DNA of 64,000 nt from Bacteroidales bacterium. Its GTDB lineage: Bacteria > Bacteroidota > Bacteroidia > Bacteroidales > WCHB1-69. Positions 43,262 to 52,773 of this stretch are shown here, in pieces. The number at the start of each line of letters is the position of its first letter. Position 1 is the stretch's first letter. Below the pieces are notes generated by a model that had not been told where the DNA came from, ran no database searches, and was given only the letters and a program-made list of their open reading frames with translations. A program made the translations under genes and the position numbers. The DNA lies in assembly GCA_016290295.1 (NCBI GenBank), contig JAEETJ010000003.1:127048-191047 (forward strand), in the 5' to 3' direction.

Positions 43262-44635
43262 ATGATAGAATACAGAAAAGAAAAGGATACCATGGGTACG
43301 GTTGAGGTGCCGTCTGACAAGCTCTGGGGGGCACAAACCCAGCGTTCCTACACGAATTTCAAGATCGGCGGGCAACAGATGCCCCTGGAAGTGGTCTATG
43401 CCTTGGCTTACGTGAAAAAGGCTGCAGCATACGCCAATTGTGAGCTTGGGGTACTTCCTGCAGAGAAGAGGGATGCTATTGCCGCTTGCTGTGATGAGAT
43501 AGCGGCTGGCCGGTTGGATGAGCATTTTCCGCTGTGTGTTTGGCAGACTGGTTCGGGTACCCAAACCAATATGAATGTGAATGAGGTGATCGTGAATCGT
43601 TCTGAGCAGAAAAGCAAGGGTATGATCGATGTTTCCAATCGTTTGCTTTCGGCCAATGACGATGTGAACAAGTCACAGTCCACTAACGATGTTTTTCCTA
43701 CAGCCATCAGAATTGCTTCTGCAAAGTTGTTGTTGGAAAAGACAATACCGGCATTAGAGAGCTTGGTTAAGACATATCAAAGTAAAATTGATGAGTTCGG
43801 AAGTATCAAAAAAATTGGAAGAACTCACATGATGGATGCAACGCCACTGACCTTGGGCGAGGAATTGTCGGGACACCAGTCGCAAGTAATGCATGGGGTA
43901 GAGTGCCTGAAAAATGCCCTGAAACATTTGATGGAACTTCCCGTTGGCGGAACTGCGGTGGGCAATGGCTTGAATACGCCCGAAGGCTACGACCGCTTGG
44001 CATTGTCATATATTAACCAGTTCACGGGCATGCAGTTCGTGAATGCTCCCAACAAGTTCGAGGCGATGGCCAGCCACGACAGCATGGTAGAAGTTTCGGG
44101 TGCGTTAAAGCGCTTGGCAGTATCGTTGATGAAGATTGCCAACGATATTCGTCTGTTGTCGTCGGGACCGCGTTGTGGTATCGGTGAGCTGACTATTCCT
44201 GCCAATGAGCCAGGTTCGTCCATTATGCCGGGTAAGGTGAATCCTACCCAGTGCGAGGCCCTGACTATGGTATGCTGTCAGGTGATTGGCAATGATACGG
44301 CTATGACTTGCGGTGGTTTCCAAGGACATCTGGATCTGAATGTTTTCATGCCGTTGATGGCGCAGAATTTGCTGCACTCTGCACGCATTTTGGCAGATGC
44401 GGTGGAATCCTTCAATCAGCATTGCCTGATGGGTATGAAGCCTAATCTGGAAAAAATAGATTATTACCTGAAAAACTCGCTGATGCTGGTAACCAAACTG
44501 AGTCCGACCATCGGCTATTACAATGCGGCGAAAATTGCTCAGCATGCTTTTGAACAGAATATGACCTTGAAGGAATCCGCTATGGATTTGCAACTCTTAT
44601 CTGAAGAAGAATTTGACAAAATTATGAAATTATAA
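43262..44635 (+). CDS. fumC: class II fumarate hydratase
   Basis: 457 aa from ATG 43262 (the ORF-track start at 43253 is TTG). KDTMGTVEVPSDKLWGAQTQRS, WQTGSGTQTNMNVNEV, signature GSSIMPGKVNPTQCEA. Confidence 0.93.
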   Translation: MIEYRKEKDTMGTVEVPSDKLWGAQTQRSYTNFKIGGQQMPLEVVYALAYVKKAAAYANCELGVLPAEKRDAIAACCDEIAAGRLDEHFPLCVWQTGSGTQTNMNVNEVIVNRSEQKSKGMIDVSNRLLSANDDVNKSQSTNDVFPTAIRIASAKLLLEKTIPALESLVKTYQSKIDEFGSIKKIGRTHMMDATPLTLGEELSGHQSQVMHGVECLKNALKHLMELPVGGTAVGNGLNTPEGYDRLALSYINQFTGMQFVNAPNKFEAMASHDSMVEVSGALKRLAVSLMKIANDIRLLSSGPRCGIGELTIPANEPGSSIMPGKVNPTQCEALTMVCCQVIGNDTAMTCGGFQGHLDLNVFMPLMAQNLLHSARILADAVESFNQHCLMGMKPNLEKIDYYLKNSLMLVTKLSPTIGYYNAAKIAQHAFEQNMTLKESAMDLQLLSEEEFDKIMKL

Positions 44636-44647
44636 AAACCATTCATT

Positions 44648-46921
44648 ATGTTTAAGATTTTAAGCAAAAAAGAATTACCAGGTGACTGCTGTCAAATGGA
44701 CATCTTAGCACCGAGAATTGCAGCTTCCGCACTGCCCGGCCAGTTCATTATCATCAAAATGGAAAAGAATTCGGAGCGTATTCCGTTGACCATCAGTGAT
44801 CATGATGTTGAAAAGGGATATATCCGCATTGTTTTCAAGGCTATCGGTAAATCTACTCGCCAGATGATGACTTTCCAGGTTGGCGATGCCTTTGAGGATG
44901 TTGTAGGTCCTCTGGGAAGACCTTCAGAGTTCATTCATCTCTCACCAGAAGAACTGAAAAGCAAGAATTTCGTTTTTGTGGGTGGTGGTGTAGGTATCGC
45001 TCCTATCTATCCGCAAGTCAAATGGTTGGCTCAGCATGGCGTGAAGCCCGATGTGATTATTGGCGCCAGAATGCAGTCGCTGATTATTTTCGAAGAAGAA
45101 CTGCGTAGCGTGTCAGGTCATTTGTATGTGACTACCGACGACAACTCCAGCGGTATGCAGGGTGTGGTGACGGATGTGCTGAAGAAGCTGGTGAAAGAGG
45201 AAGGCAAGCATTACGATGAAGTGATTGCTATTGGCCCAATGATTATGATGAAGTTCACTACCTTGTTGGCCAAGGAATTGGGCATCAAGTGTACCGTCAG
45301 CTTGAATTCGCTGATGGTGGACGGAACCGGTATGTGTGGTGCCTGCCGTGTGTCAGTGGGTGGCAAGACCAAGTTCACCTGCGTGGATGGACCAGAGTTT
45401 GACGGTGCCTTAGTGGATTTCGACTTGGCAATGAAACGTCAGGCCATGTACAATTCCATCAAAGGACACAAACAGATGGAGCAGGAAGAGAAGGCAGAGG
45501 GCCATGTTTGCCATGTGGGTGGTATCAGCGAGGAAACCCGTGACCGTTGGCACCGTATTCCGATTCCAGAGCAGGATCCGAAGGTGCGTGCCACAAACTT
45601 TGATGAGGTTTGCTTGGGCTATAGTGCAGAGGATGCCATTGCCGAGGCACAGCGTTGTTTGCAGTGCAAGAAGCCGCAGTGTATGGAGGGTTGCCCGGTG
45701 TCTATCAATATTCCCGCTTTTGTGCATTGTGTGGCAGAAGGCCGTTTTGAGGATGCCGCCCGCATAATCAACCAGGATTCAGCTCTGCCAGCAGTATGTG
45801 GCCGTGTATGCCCGCAGGAACGTCAGTGCGAGGGCCGTTGTGTGTTGGGTAATAGGGGAGATGCCTTAGCAATTGGCAAGCTGGAACGTTTCGTGGGTGA
45901 CTGGTCGCGCGAACATAAGTTGCAATTTGAGCAGCCTGCCTCCAGAAATGGCAAGAAAGTGGCTGTTATCGGTAGCGGTCCTGCCGGTATCACTTGTGCC
46001 AAAGAGCTGATCATGAAAGGTTACGATGTAACGGTTTTCGAGGCATTGCATGAATATGGCGGTGTGTTGGTATATGGTATTCCATCCTTCCGTTTGCCTA
46101 AAGAAACAGTGGTGCGTTACGAGGTGGAGAATGTGATGAAGTTAGGTGCTAAGTTCGAAAAAGACGTGATTATCGGCCGTACGGTAACGGTAGATGACTT
46201 GATGGATAAAGAAGGCTTCCAAGCAGTTTTTATCGCTTCTGGTGCCGGTTTGCCGATGTTTATGAATATTCCTGGTGAGAATCTCTGTGGTGTGGTTTCC
46301 GCTAATGAGTTCCTCACTAGAAACAATCTGCTTTTTGCATATAAAAAAGGCTATGATACGCCGAATTATGTAGGTAAGAAGGTCATTGTGGTCGGTGGTG
46401 GCAATGTGGCTATGGATGCTGCCCGTACCGCTTTGCGTTTGGGCGCTGAGGTGCATATTGTGTACCGTCGTTCCGAAGAGGAATTGCCTGCCCGTGTGGA
46501 GGAAGTTCACCATGCCAAGGAGGAAGGTGTGCAGTTCCAATTGCTGACCAACCCGTTGGAGATTATCGGCGACGAGAATGGCTGGGTGAAGGCTGCCAAG
46601 TGCATTCGCATGGAGTTGGGCGAGCCTGACGCTTCTGGCCGTAGAAGTCCTATTCCTATAGAGGGTTCTGAGTTTGAGATAGAATCAGATATGGTGATTA
46701 TGGCTTTGGGTACCTCTCCCAATCCTATGATTTCTGATACTACTCCTGGCCTTGAGTTGACGAAGCGTCGTTGTGTGGCGGTGGACGAAAAAGGCCAGAC
46801 CTCCCGTAAGGGTGTGTTTGCCGGTGGTGATGCTGCCAGCGGTGCCGCTACAGTTATCCTGGCTATGGGAGCAGGTAAGAATGCCGCTAAAGCCATAGAT
46901 GAATATCTATCGAATTTATAA
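44648..46921 (+). CDS. fused NfnA/PyrK-like + NfnB/GltD-like NAD(P)H oxidoreductase
   Basis: 757 aa. The N-terminal FNR-like module ends in the 2Fe-2S motif GMCGACRV. The C-terminal module has CLQCKKPQCMEGCP, CGRVCPQERQCEGRC and the dinucleotide fold VAVIGSGPAG. Confidence 0.85.
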   Translation: MFKILSKKELPGDCCQMDILAPRIAASALPGQFIIIKMEKNSERIPLTISDHDVEKGYIRIVFKAIGKSTRQMMTFQVGDAFEDVVGPLGRPSEFIHLSPEELKSKNFVFVGGGVGIAPIYPQVKWLAQHGVKPDVIIGARMQSLIIFEEELRSVSGHLYVTTDDNSSGMQGVVTDVLKKLVKEEGKHYDEVIAIGPMIMMKFTTLLAKELGIKCTVSLNSLMVDGTGMCGACRVSVGGKTKFTCVDGPEFDGALVDFDLAMKRQAMYNSIKGHKQMEQEEKAEGHVCHVGGISEETRDRWHRIPIPEQDPKVRATNFDEVCLGYSAEDAIAEAQRCLQCKKPQCMEGCPVSINIPAFVHCVAEGRFEDAARIINQDSALPAVCGRVCPQERQCEGRCVLGNRGDALAIGKLERFVGDWSREHKLQFEQPASRNGKKVAVIGSGPAGITCAKELIMKGYDVTVFEALHEYGGVLVYGIPSFRLPKETVVRYEVENVMKLGAKFEKDVIIGRTVTVDDLMDKEGFQAVFIASGAGLPMFMNIPGENLCGVVSANEFLTRNNLLFAYKKGYDTPNYVGKKVIVVGGGNVAMDAARTALRLGAEVHIVYRRSEEELPARVEEVHHAKEEGVQFQLLTNPLEIIGDENGWVKAAKCIRMELGEPDASGRRSPIPIEGSEFEIESDMVIMALGTSPNPMISDTTPGLELTKRRCVAVDEKGQTSRKGVFAGGDAASGAATVILAMGAGKNAAKAIDEYLSNL

Positions 46922-46935
46922 TGATTTAAAATAAA

Positions 46936-46963
46936 GAAGAGACGTGCCTTTGCACGTCTCTTC
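46936..46963. terminator. 12-bp perfect hairpin between convergent genes
   Basis: GAAGAGACGTGC-CTTT-GCACGTCTCTTC. A T-run lies on the minus-strand side (TTTATTTT). A second weaker hairpin plus TTTTATTTTT follows for the plus strand. Confidence 0.6.
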
Positions 46964-47084
46964 CACATAAAAAAATAAGGAACGTGATTCGCGTCCCTTT
47001 TATTTTTCGGCTGCCATGATATGACAGCCCTACAAATACAAAATTATTCTTTTTAATAATATGCTTTTTCTAATCAGCATAACA

Positions 47085-47483
47085 TTATAAGGTGAAATGT
47101 CCGTCTTTGTCGAACTGCACCTGGCGGAGAATTTTTTCGTTACCTTGTGTTGTTCTTTTCAGAGTATATACCATATAGTCGTTATCATGGAAGAAGGGTT
47201 TCCAAGAACTGGCTTTCAATGCAAGTGCGGCAACGGATGCCTCGAATTTTGTATGGGCTTCCGCATCAGTGGTTTTGGTGTTGATGAGCGTGAGTTCGAT
47301 TTCGCTTGTCCAAACAGAACTCCAGCTGTTAATAAGTGTTTCAACCGACTGTTGGTCGCTGGGATTAGTGAAATGATATTCAAAATAGGCTCTGTAAGTG
47401 TTGCTTACAAAATCTTCTTTTTTGCAGCCAGCACATAAAATAAGGCAGCAGGAAAGAATAGCGATAACGATGGATCTTTTCAT
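47085..47483 (-). CDS. small lipoprotein (132 aa)
   Basis: Signal with lipobox (AILSCCLILCAGC). Last gene of the TPR - barrel - lipoprotein string. Confidence 0.6.
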   Translation of the reverse strand: MKRSIVIAILSCCLILCAGCKKEDFVSNTYRAYFEYHFTNPSDQQSVETLINSWSSVWTSEIELTLINTKTTDAEAHTKFEASVAALALKASSWKPFFHDNDYMVYTLKRTTQGNEKILRQVQFDKDGHFTL

Positions 47484-47509
47484 GTTGATAAATTTAATGT
47501 TATTGATAA

Positions 47510-49333
47510 TTATTTCTTTTTGTTCTTGATACTTTCTTTGCCAAACGAATAGGTTATGCCTATGAGGGCGTTGATGCCGAAGTTGTTGAAGTCGTAGTAT
47601 TTAGCATAGTATTGGCAGCCTATATTGTTGATGGTGGCGAAGGCGGAGAAGTTCTTGTTGATAAGGTATTCGAAGCCGATGCCGAAGTCCAACACGGGTT
47701 TCATCTTGGTGGGTGCATAGCATACATTGCCAAGTTCATCATAGCGGATATTGCCTTTCTCATCACGCGGAGCCAAAGCCCAACGCATGAATTCCAACTT
47801 GAAATTCAGGTCGAAAATGTATTTTCCTTTCAAGGTGTATTTTCCGTCAAAACCGAAGTCCAAAGCGGGTTTATACCAAGCGTATTGCAGTTCACTGTCT
47901 TTTTTGAAATAGTAACCGTTGTAGTTGGCTTCAAAATTCAGTGACAAATGGTCAATCACGTCCCAGGAAAGATTGAAGCAGACATTGAGATAGTTCACAT
48001 CGTTATAAAGCACCAAGAATTTGTTACGTAGCAGGTAGGTTGGATTCAACTGGAAGAAGGCCATATCCTGCACGAAAGCGTAGCGGGCAGAAATGTGGTA
48101 GTTCAGTTTTTTGACCAGATTTCCCTTGATGCCGCCATAGATGTTGATACGGGTGCGGGTGAAATCAGGAATGTCAAAACCTGTGAAAGTGGGGGAATAA
48201 TACGGGTTCTCATACAGCAATTCTTTCATGCCGTTATATTGAGCTTTGCCATCCACACCAGCATAAATGCTGAGAATACTGGGCACAATGCCTAACTGTA
48301 CTTCCGCCACGGGATAAACAGGGCAGCGGGTGACCTCATTCGAACGCAATACGGGAACACCCACACCTACCTTGATGTGATATTCCTTGATGGTGAATTG
48401 CATGTTGGGGACGACTTCAAATTTGAAGGCATTGGCATTGTAATATCCTGGATTGTCCCCTTCGAGTGTTCTGGTGTAGTATTGGAGACGGTCGTTATAA
48501 TAATCGAAATTGAAGTCTATACGATAGTTCTGGCTTCCAGAAACCTTTATAAAGCGGCTGTCGTAAGCGAAAAATGAAGTGATGCCCAGATGGTTCTCCA
48601 TGTTCTTGTTATGGCAACGCAGGAAGTTGTAATTCAGGCGTACATCTTGTTTGAGCTTCTTGACACCGGGCAGGTGATTGGAGCGGACGCCAATTTCTGC
48701 CTTCACATGGTGGAAGTCGTTGCGGATTTCATCGTAATAGTTTTTGGAGTAATAGTCTTCGAGATAATAGTTTCTTGCTTCTAAGACATCTTTCCCATAG
48801 CCATAGAAATGTGCCAGTTCGTGATTGTAGCCTACGGATGAATACAGGGTTTGATCTTTGAAAAAACGGGTCAAAAACAGATGTACGCGGGTGTCACTGG
48901 TAGGAGCGTAGACGTAATTTTTCTGTTTTTTGCCCACGGGACCTGCCCATGAGGAAAAATGGTGCAGGTTGATGCCATACGAATACTTGGTATTATTGGC
49001 ATTATGGGCGGCAAACTCCAACAGGGGAGTCAATGGATAGCCGAATCCCACCTTGATGAAATTGCGGGCGATGCTCTCAGTGACTTCTGGGGACAACTTG
49101 CTGGCCTTGATGGGGGTAGGGGAGAAGGTCACATCCATCTGGGCTGGAGTGATGTAATAGTCGAATTTGACGTTCTCCTTGACCGTGTCATTGATGACCG
49201 CCTGTTGGTTGATTTTTTGCACATTGCTTAACTGCGGGTTGAAATTCAGACGGAAACGGGCGGTGTCAATTGCCTGGCCGAAAGCCCAACTGGCAATGCA
49301 AATTATGGCTGCTGTTAAAAAGATGCGTTTCAT
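47510..49333 (-). CDS. outer-membrane beta-barrel protein (putative porin family)
   Basis: 607 aa. Signal peptide (IICIASWAFGQ), Y/N/F/G-rich alternating strands, terminal strand GITYSF followed by a basic tail. Confidence 0.6.
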   Translation of the reverse strand: MKRIFLTAAIICIASWAFGQAIDTARFRLNFNPQLSNVQKINQQAVINDTVKENVKFDYYITPAQMDVTFSPTPIKASKLSPEVTESIARNFIKVGFGYPLTPLLEFAAHNANNTKYSYGINLHHFSSWAGPVGKKQKNYVYAPTSDTRVHLFLTRFFKDQTLYSSVGYNHELAHFYGYGKDVLEARNYYLEDYYSKNYYDEIRNDFHHVKAEIGVRSNHLPGVKKLKQDVRLNYNFLRCHNKNMENHLGITSFFAYDSRFIKVSGSQNYRIDFNFDYYNDRLQYYTRTLEGDNPGYYNANAFKFEVVPNMQFTIKEYHIKVGVGVPVLRSNEVTRCPVYPVAEVQLGIVPSILSIYAGVDGKAQYNGMKELLYENPYYSPTFTGFDIPDFTRTRINIYGGIKGNLVKKLNYHISARYAFVQDMAFFQLNPTYLLRNKFLVLYNDVNYLNVCFNLSWDVIDHLSLNFEANYNGYYFKKDSELQYAWYKPALDFGFDGKYTLKGKYIFDLNFKLEFMRWALAPRDEKGNIRYDELGNVCYAPTKMKPVLDFGIGFEYLINKNFSAFATINNIGCQYYAKYYDFNNFGINALIGITYSFGKESIKNKKK

Positions 49334-49350
49334 TATCTCTATTCTATTAT

Positions 49351-49455
49351 ATTAATTCAAAATTCAAAATCCAAAATTCAATGTTAAATGTTTAGTGTTT
49401 AGAGGTATAAGAGCTTAATTATCAATTATTAATTGTTAACTGTTAACTGTCAACT
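49351..49455. repeat. heptamer array (15 words in one register)
   Basis: ATTAATT CAAAATT CAAAATC CAAAATT CAATGTT AAATGTT TAGTGTT TAGAGGT ATAAGAG CTTAATT ATCAATT ATTAATT GTTAACT GTTAACT GTCAACT. Its end overlaps the TPR gene stop. Confidence 0.85.
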
Positions 49456-52400
49456 ATTCCTCACTATTTTCTGTCTGTTCCGCTCTGTCGAGGGCAGCGA
49501 TCTTGTCTTCCGCCACTTTCTTCAGGTCTTCGCCCTCATAGTTGTCGATGATACTTTGGTAGGTGTAGCGAGCTTGGAAAGCGTTGCCTTTGGCGAGATA
49601 AACATCACCATAGAGAATGAAGGTTGAGGCATACCAATATTCTGATGTATAATCGGATGCCAGAATTTCTTTGATTTGTTTCTCGCAGAGATCTAAATTG
49701 TTATCGTTAAAATGGATGAGAGCCACTAAATAAGCGGCTTCGGCACACTGGTCGTTGTTGCCGTTCTTTGAGAGGCGTGTCAGATATTTGAGAGCATTGG
49801 TATTGTCGCTCAGGGCAATGGCTGATTTGCCGGCAATCATCAGGGCTTCGTTTTGTAGGTCATTGTCATTTTGTCCTGACAGCATAATGTTAGTAGCTGC
49901 ATTGTATGCATCTCTGTATTGGCGCAGCTCGTATGCACAGTGCATGCAACCATTATTGCCATAAATGATGTTGTTGTCGTTAGAGGCGTATTCCACTAAT
50001 TTTTTGAAATAAACCAGTGCGCGGCTGTACTCTTTCTTTCCGTATAGGATGCTGGCAGCTTTGCGGTAGGCCGTTTCGTTGTATTCGGTATTGTAATTGT
50101 TGACCAATCTCTCGAAGGAGGCTAATGCATTGTCATAGTCGCCGGTGCCATATTCGCAATCGCCCTTGCAGTACAGTGCTTTGGCAGCGAACAGACCATT
50201 GGGGAACTGGCGCAGATAATCGTTGTAGGCTTTGATAGCTGCTTCGCAGTCGCCACGCATATATTTGTTGTCGGCAGCCTTGAAGCTGATGGAATCTTGC
50301 TTGTCAGCGGAGATGTTAAGGTTGCGGGTTTTGATGTATGCGAAGAAATCGCTGGTGTTGCCAGTCTCGCTGTAAATGTTTTCCAGGTTGGCCAAGGCGT
50401 CTTTGGCTTCTTGTGAACCGGGATAAGTTTCAAACACATACTTGAAAGTGGAAATAGCCATATCCACATCTTGTGTGTTCAGATACGACTGGGCCAATTT
50501 GTTGTGTGCCTGTCTGATATAGGGACTTTTGGGGTGTTTGAGAATGAAGTTTTTGTATGCCGCAATGGCAGCTCCATATTCATTTTGAGCGTGATAAGTG
50601 GAAGCCAGTTCATATTCCGCATCATCAATATAGCTTGACTTTGGATAACTGCTCATCAGTCGCTCCAAAACATCAATTTTCTTGTTGTAGTCGTTGAGAT
50701 AGCTGTAGCATTTAGCGGTTTGGAAGATGGCGTAGTCGGCGTTTTTCTGTCCTAATTGCTGACATTGCTCATAGTATTTAATGGCCGTTTTCAAGTCTTT
50801 TTGCATATAGTAGCAGTCGGCCAAACGTGCGGTGGCATCCGCTTCAATATCCACATTGTCGCTTTTTTGCAGGTATTTGCGGAAACCTTGGGCAGCTTCT
50901 GAATACTTGTTAAGTTTTAGAGCCGCATAACCGTATGAGTATTGGGCGTTGTTGTAGTTGACATCAGCGGTGGCATTGGAGGCCTTCATATAATTCTGGA
51001 AGGAATAGTAGCTGTCTCTGTATTTTTCGCTGCGGTATTCACACTCGGCTTTCCAATAAAGATTCTCGGTGTTGATGGTCTTGTCCATGGGGTAGGTGAG
51101 TGATTTGTTGAGCATTTTGAGAGCATCCTTATAGTTGCGATTGTTGATCATTTCCAAAGCGCGGAAATGGGTGCAGCGTTGGTAAGCTCTTAACAATGAG
51201 GGACTTTTGATGTCAATCTTTTCCAATGAGTTGATGGCACTTTGGTAGTTTTTGGTGGACATGTAAATGGAGGCTAAGTAGCTGTTGGCTTCCTGTGAAC
51301 GCGAAGAGTAGGGGTATTTGTTGATATAGTCTTCCAAGGCCTTGATGGCGCTGTTGAAAGGACTGGAGGATGTCTCATACTGTAATTTGGCATGATTATA
51401 CAAGGCATCTTCTTGAATATCAGTATTAAAGTTGTATTTTGATGCTTGCAGAAAACTTTGTGAAGCGGTCTGATAGTCCTTCTGCTGTAAGTAGCAGTCG
51501 GCAATCAGATAATAGCTGTTCTGCGTCATCTCATCGGCTGGTTTTTGGCTTGTGGTCTTGGACAGGTATTTGACGGCCTCGTCATACTTTTTGTTTTGAT
51601 AGAAAGTATAACCGATGGCGAAATAGTCGTTGCGTTCAAGCTGCACTTTGTCATTGTTGAGGATAGGTCTGAAAGAAGCCTCGGCATTGCGGAAATCCTT
51701 GAGGTTGTAGAAAGATAATGCCAGTGTGCGGTACAACTCGGGTTGGTTCTTCAGGTTGTTTTCCGTCATGACGGAGGGTGCCATGGCTACAACCTTATCA
51801 TACTGTTCCTGAAGGAAATAGATCTGCATCAAGTATTGTTGCACTTCATCCTTGTATTCGGGAACATTCTGTAATTTCTGGAAATCTTCCAAGGCAGCCT
51901 CGTACTGTTTGTCGGAATAGGCCATGTGAGCCAAATAATACAGGGCTCTGTAGTGATAGGGACCGTTTTCCTCGCTGCTTTGTTTCAGCAAGGCTTTGGC
52001 CTCCGCATATTTGCCAGTGGCAAAATAGCTGTAGCCTTTTTTGAAGCGGAACTCTGCCAGGTCGTCTTTGTTGACTACTCTTTCATCGATTTCATCGAAT
52101 TGTTCCAGCACTTTTTTGTATTGCTTGGTAGAAAAATAATACATGCCCAGGTGATAATGAGCCTGGGGCACAAAGGCGTGGACCGGATATTGGCGGATAA
52201 AGTCGCTGAGCAGGAAAGCGGCATCCTGATTGCTTAGCTTGGCGGCGCACAAACCCAGATAAAAATAGGATTCAGCTTTCAAGTCCTGTTGTTTGTCCTC
52301 GCTGAATTCGTAAACTTGTTTGAAATATTGCTGTGCGGAACCGTATTTCTGTTTCTGGAAAAGTTCCTTGGCTAATTTGTATTCGTATCGCGGCGAGTCA

Positions 52401-52483
52401 TAGGCAACAGGCTTCTGAGCCAACACTGATGCGGAACACAGGATGATGGCTGCGATGAGAATGTTTTGGAGGATTGATTTCAT
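49454..52483 (-). CDS. tetratricopeptide repeat protein (1009 aa)
   Basis: Signal peptide with a possible lipobox (AAIILCSAS). TPR-like Y/A/L periodicity over the whole length. Confidence 0.85.
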   Translation of the reverse strand: MKSILQNILIAAIILCSASVLAQKPVAYDSPRYEYKLAKELFQKQKYGSAQQYFKQVYEFSEDKQQDLKAESYFYLGLCAAKLSNQDAAFLLSDFIRQYPVHAFVPQAHYHLGMYYFSTKQYKKVLEQFDEIDERVVNKDDLAEFRFKKGYSYFATGKYAEAKALLKQSSEENGPYHYRALYYLAHMAYSDKQYEAALEDFQKLQNVPEYKDEVQQYLMQIYFLQEQYDKVVAMAPSVMTENNLKNQPELYRTLALSFYNLKDFRNAEASFRPILNNDKVQLERNDYFAIGYTFYQNKKYDEAVKYLSKTTSQKPADEMTQNSYYLIADCYLQQKDYQTASQSFLQASKYNFNTDIQEDALYNHAKLQYETSSSPFNSAIKALEDYINKYPYSSRSQEANSYLASIYMSTKNYQSAINSLEKIDIKSPSLLRAYQRCTHFRALEMINNRNYKDALKMLNKSLTYPMDKTINTENLYWKAECEYRSEKYRDSYYSFQNYMKASNATADVNYNNAQYSYGYAALKLNKYSEAAQGFRKYLQKSDNVDIEADATARLADCYYMQKDLKTAIKYYEQCQQLGQKNADYAIFQTAKCYSYLNDYNKKIDVLERLMSSYPKSSYIDDAEYELASTYHAQNEYGAAIAAYKNFILKHPKSPYIRQAHNKLAQSYLNTQDVDMAISTFKYVFETYPGSQEAKDALANLENIYSETGNTSDFFAYIKTRNLNISADKQDSISFKAADNKYMRGDCEAAIKAYNDYLRQFPNGLFAAKALYCKGDCEYGTGDYDNALASFERLVNNYNTEYNETAYRKAASILYGKKEYSRALVYFKKLVEYASNDNNIIYGNNGCMHCAYELRQYRDAYNAATNIMLSGQNDNDLQNEALMIAGKSAIALSDNTNALKYLTRLSKNGNNDQCAEAAYLVALIHFNDNNLDLCEKQIKEILASDYTSEYWYASTFILYGDVYLAKGNAFQARYTYQSIIDNYEGEDLKKVAEDKIAALDRAEQTENSEE

Positions 52484-52598
52484 TATGTTCGTTTTTTTAT
52501 TAATCGATAATAATATTAATTAACGAACAAAAATATGAAATTGGTATACAGCAATCTAATATTCTCTTATAAATTTGTGAACAGCCTATTTTTAATAA

Positions 52599-52773
52599 CA
52601 GTGGTCAGTGGTCAGGATTCAGGGGCCAGGGGGCGGAGATTAGTTGACAATTGACAATTAACAATTAACCTTCTAAACTCAACACGTTAGACATTTGAAT
52701 TTTGAATTCTGAATTCTTAACCTCTAACCCCTAACCCCTAATTACTGTAACCTAAAACCTGTAACCTGTTAAC
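52599..52773. repeat. heptamer array (25 words, 175 nt, one register)
   Basis: Runs from CAGTGGT CAGTGGT CAGGATT CAGGGGC CAGGGGG ... to TGTAACC TAAAACC TGTAACC TGTTAAC (full parse in findings). The last word contains the ABC-F stop codon. Confidence 0.9.

Noticed and set aside
52599-52773. CRISPR array or conventional microsatellite as an explanation for the heptamer arrays
   Set aside because: The units are only 7-8 nt, with no spacers and no cas genes. Most units differ from their neighbours, so these are neither CRISPR repeats nor simple SSRs.
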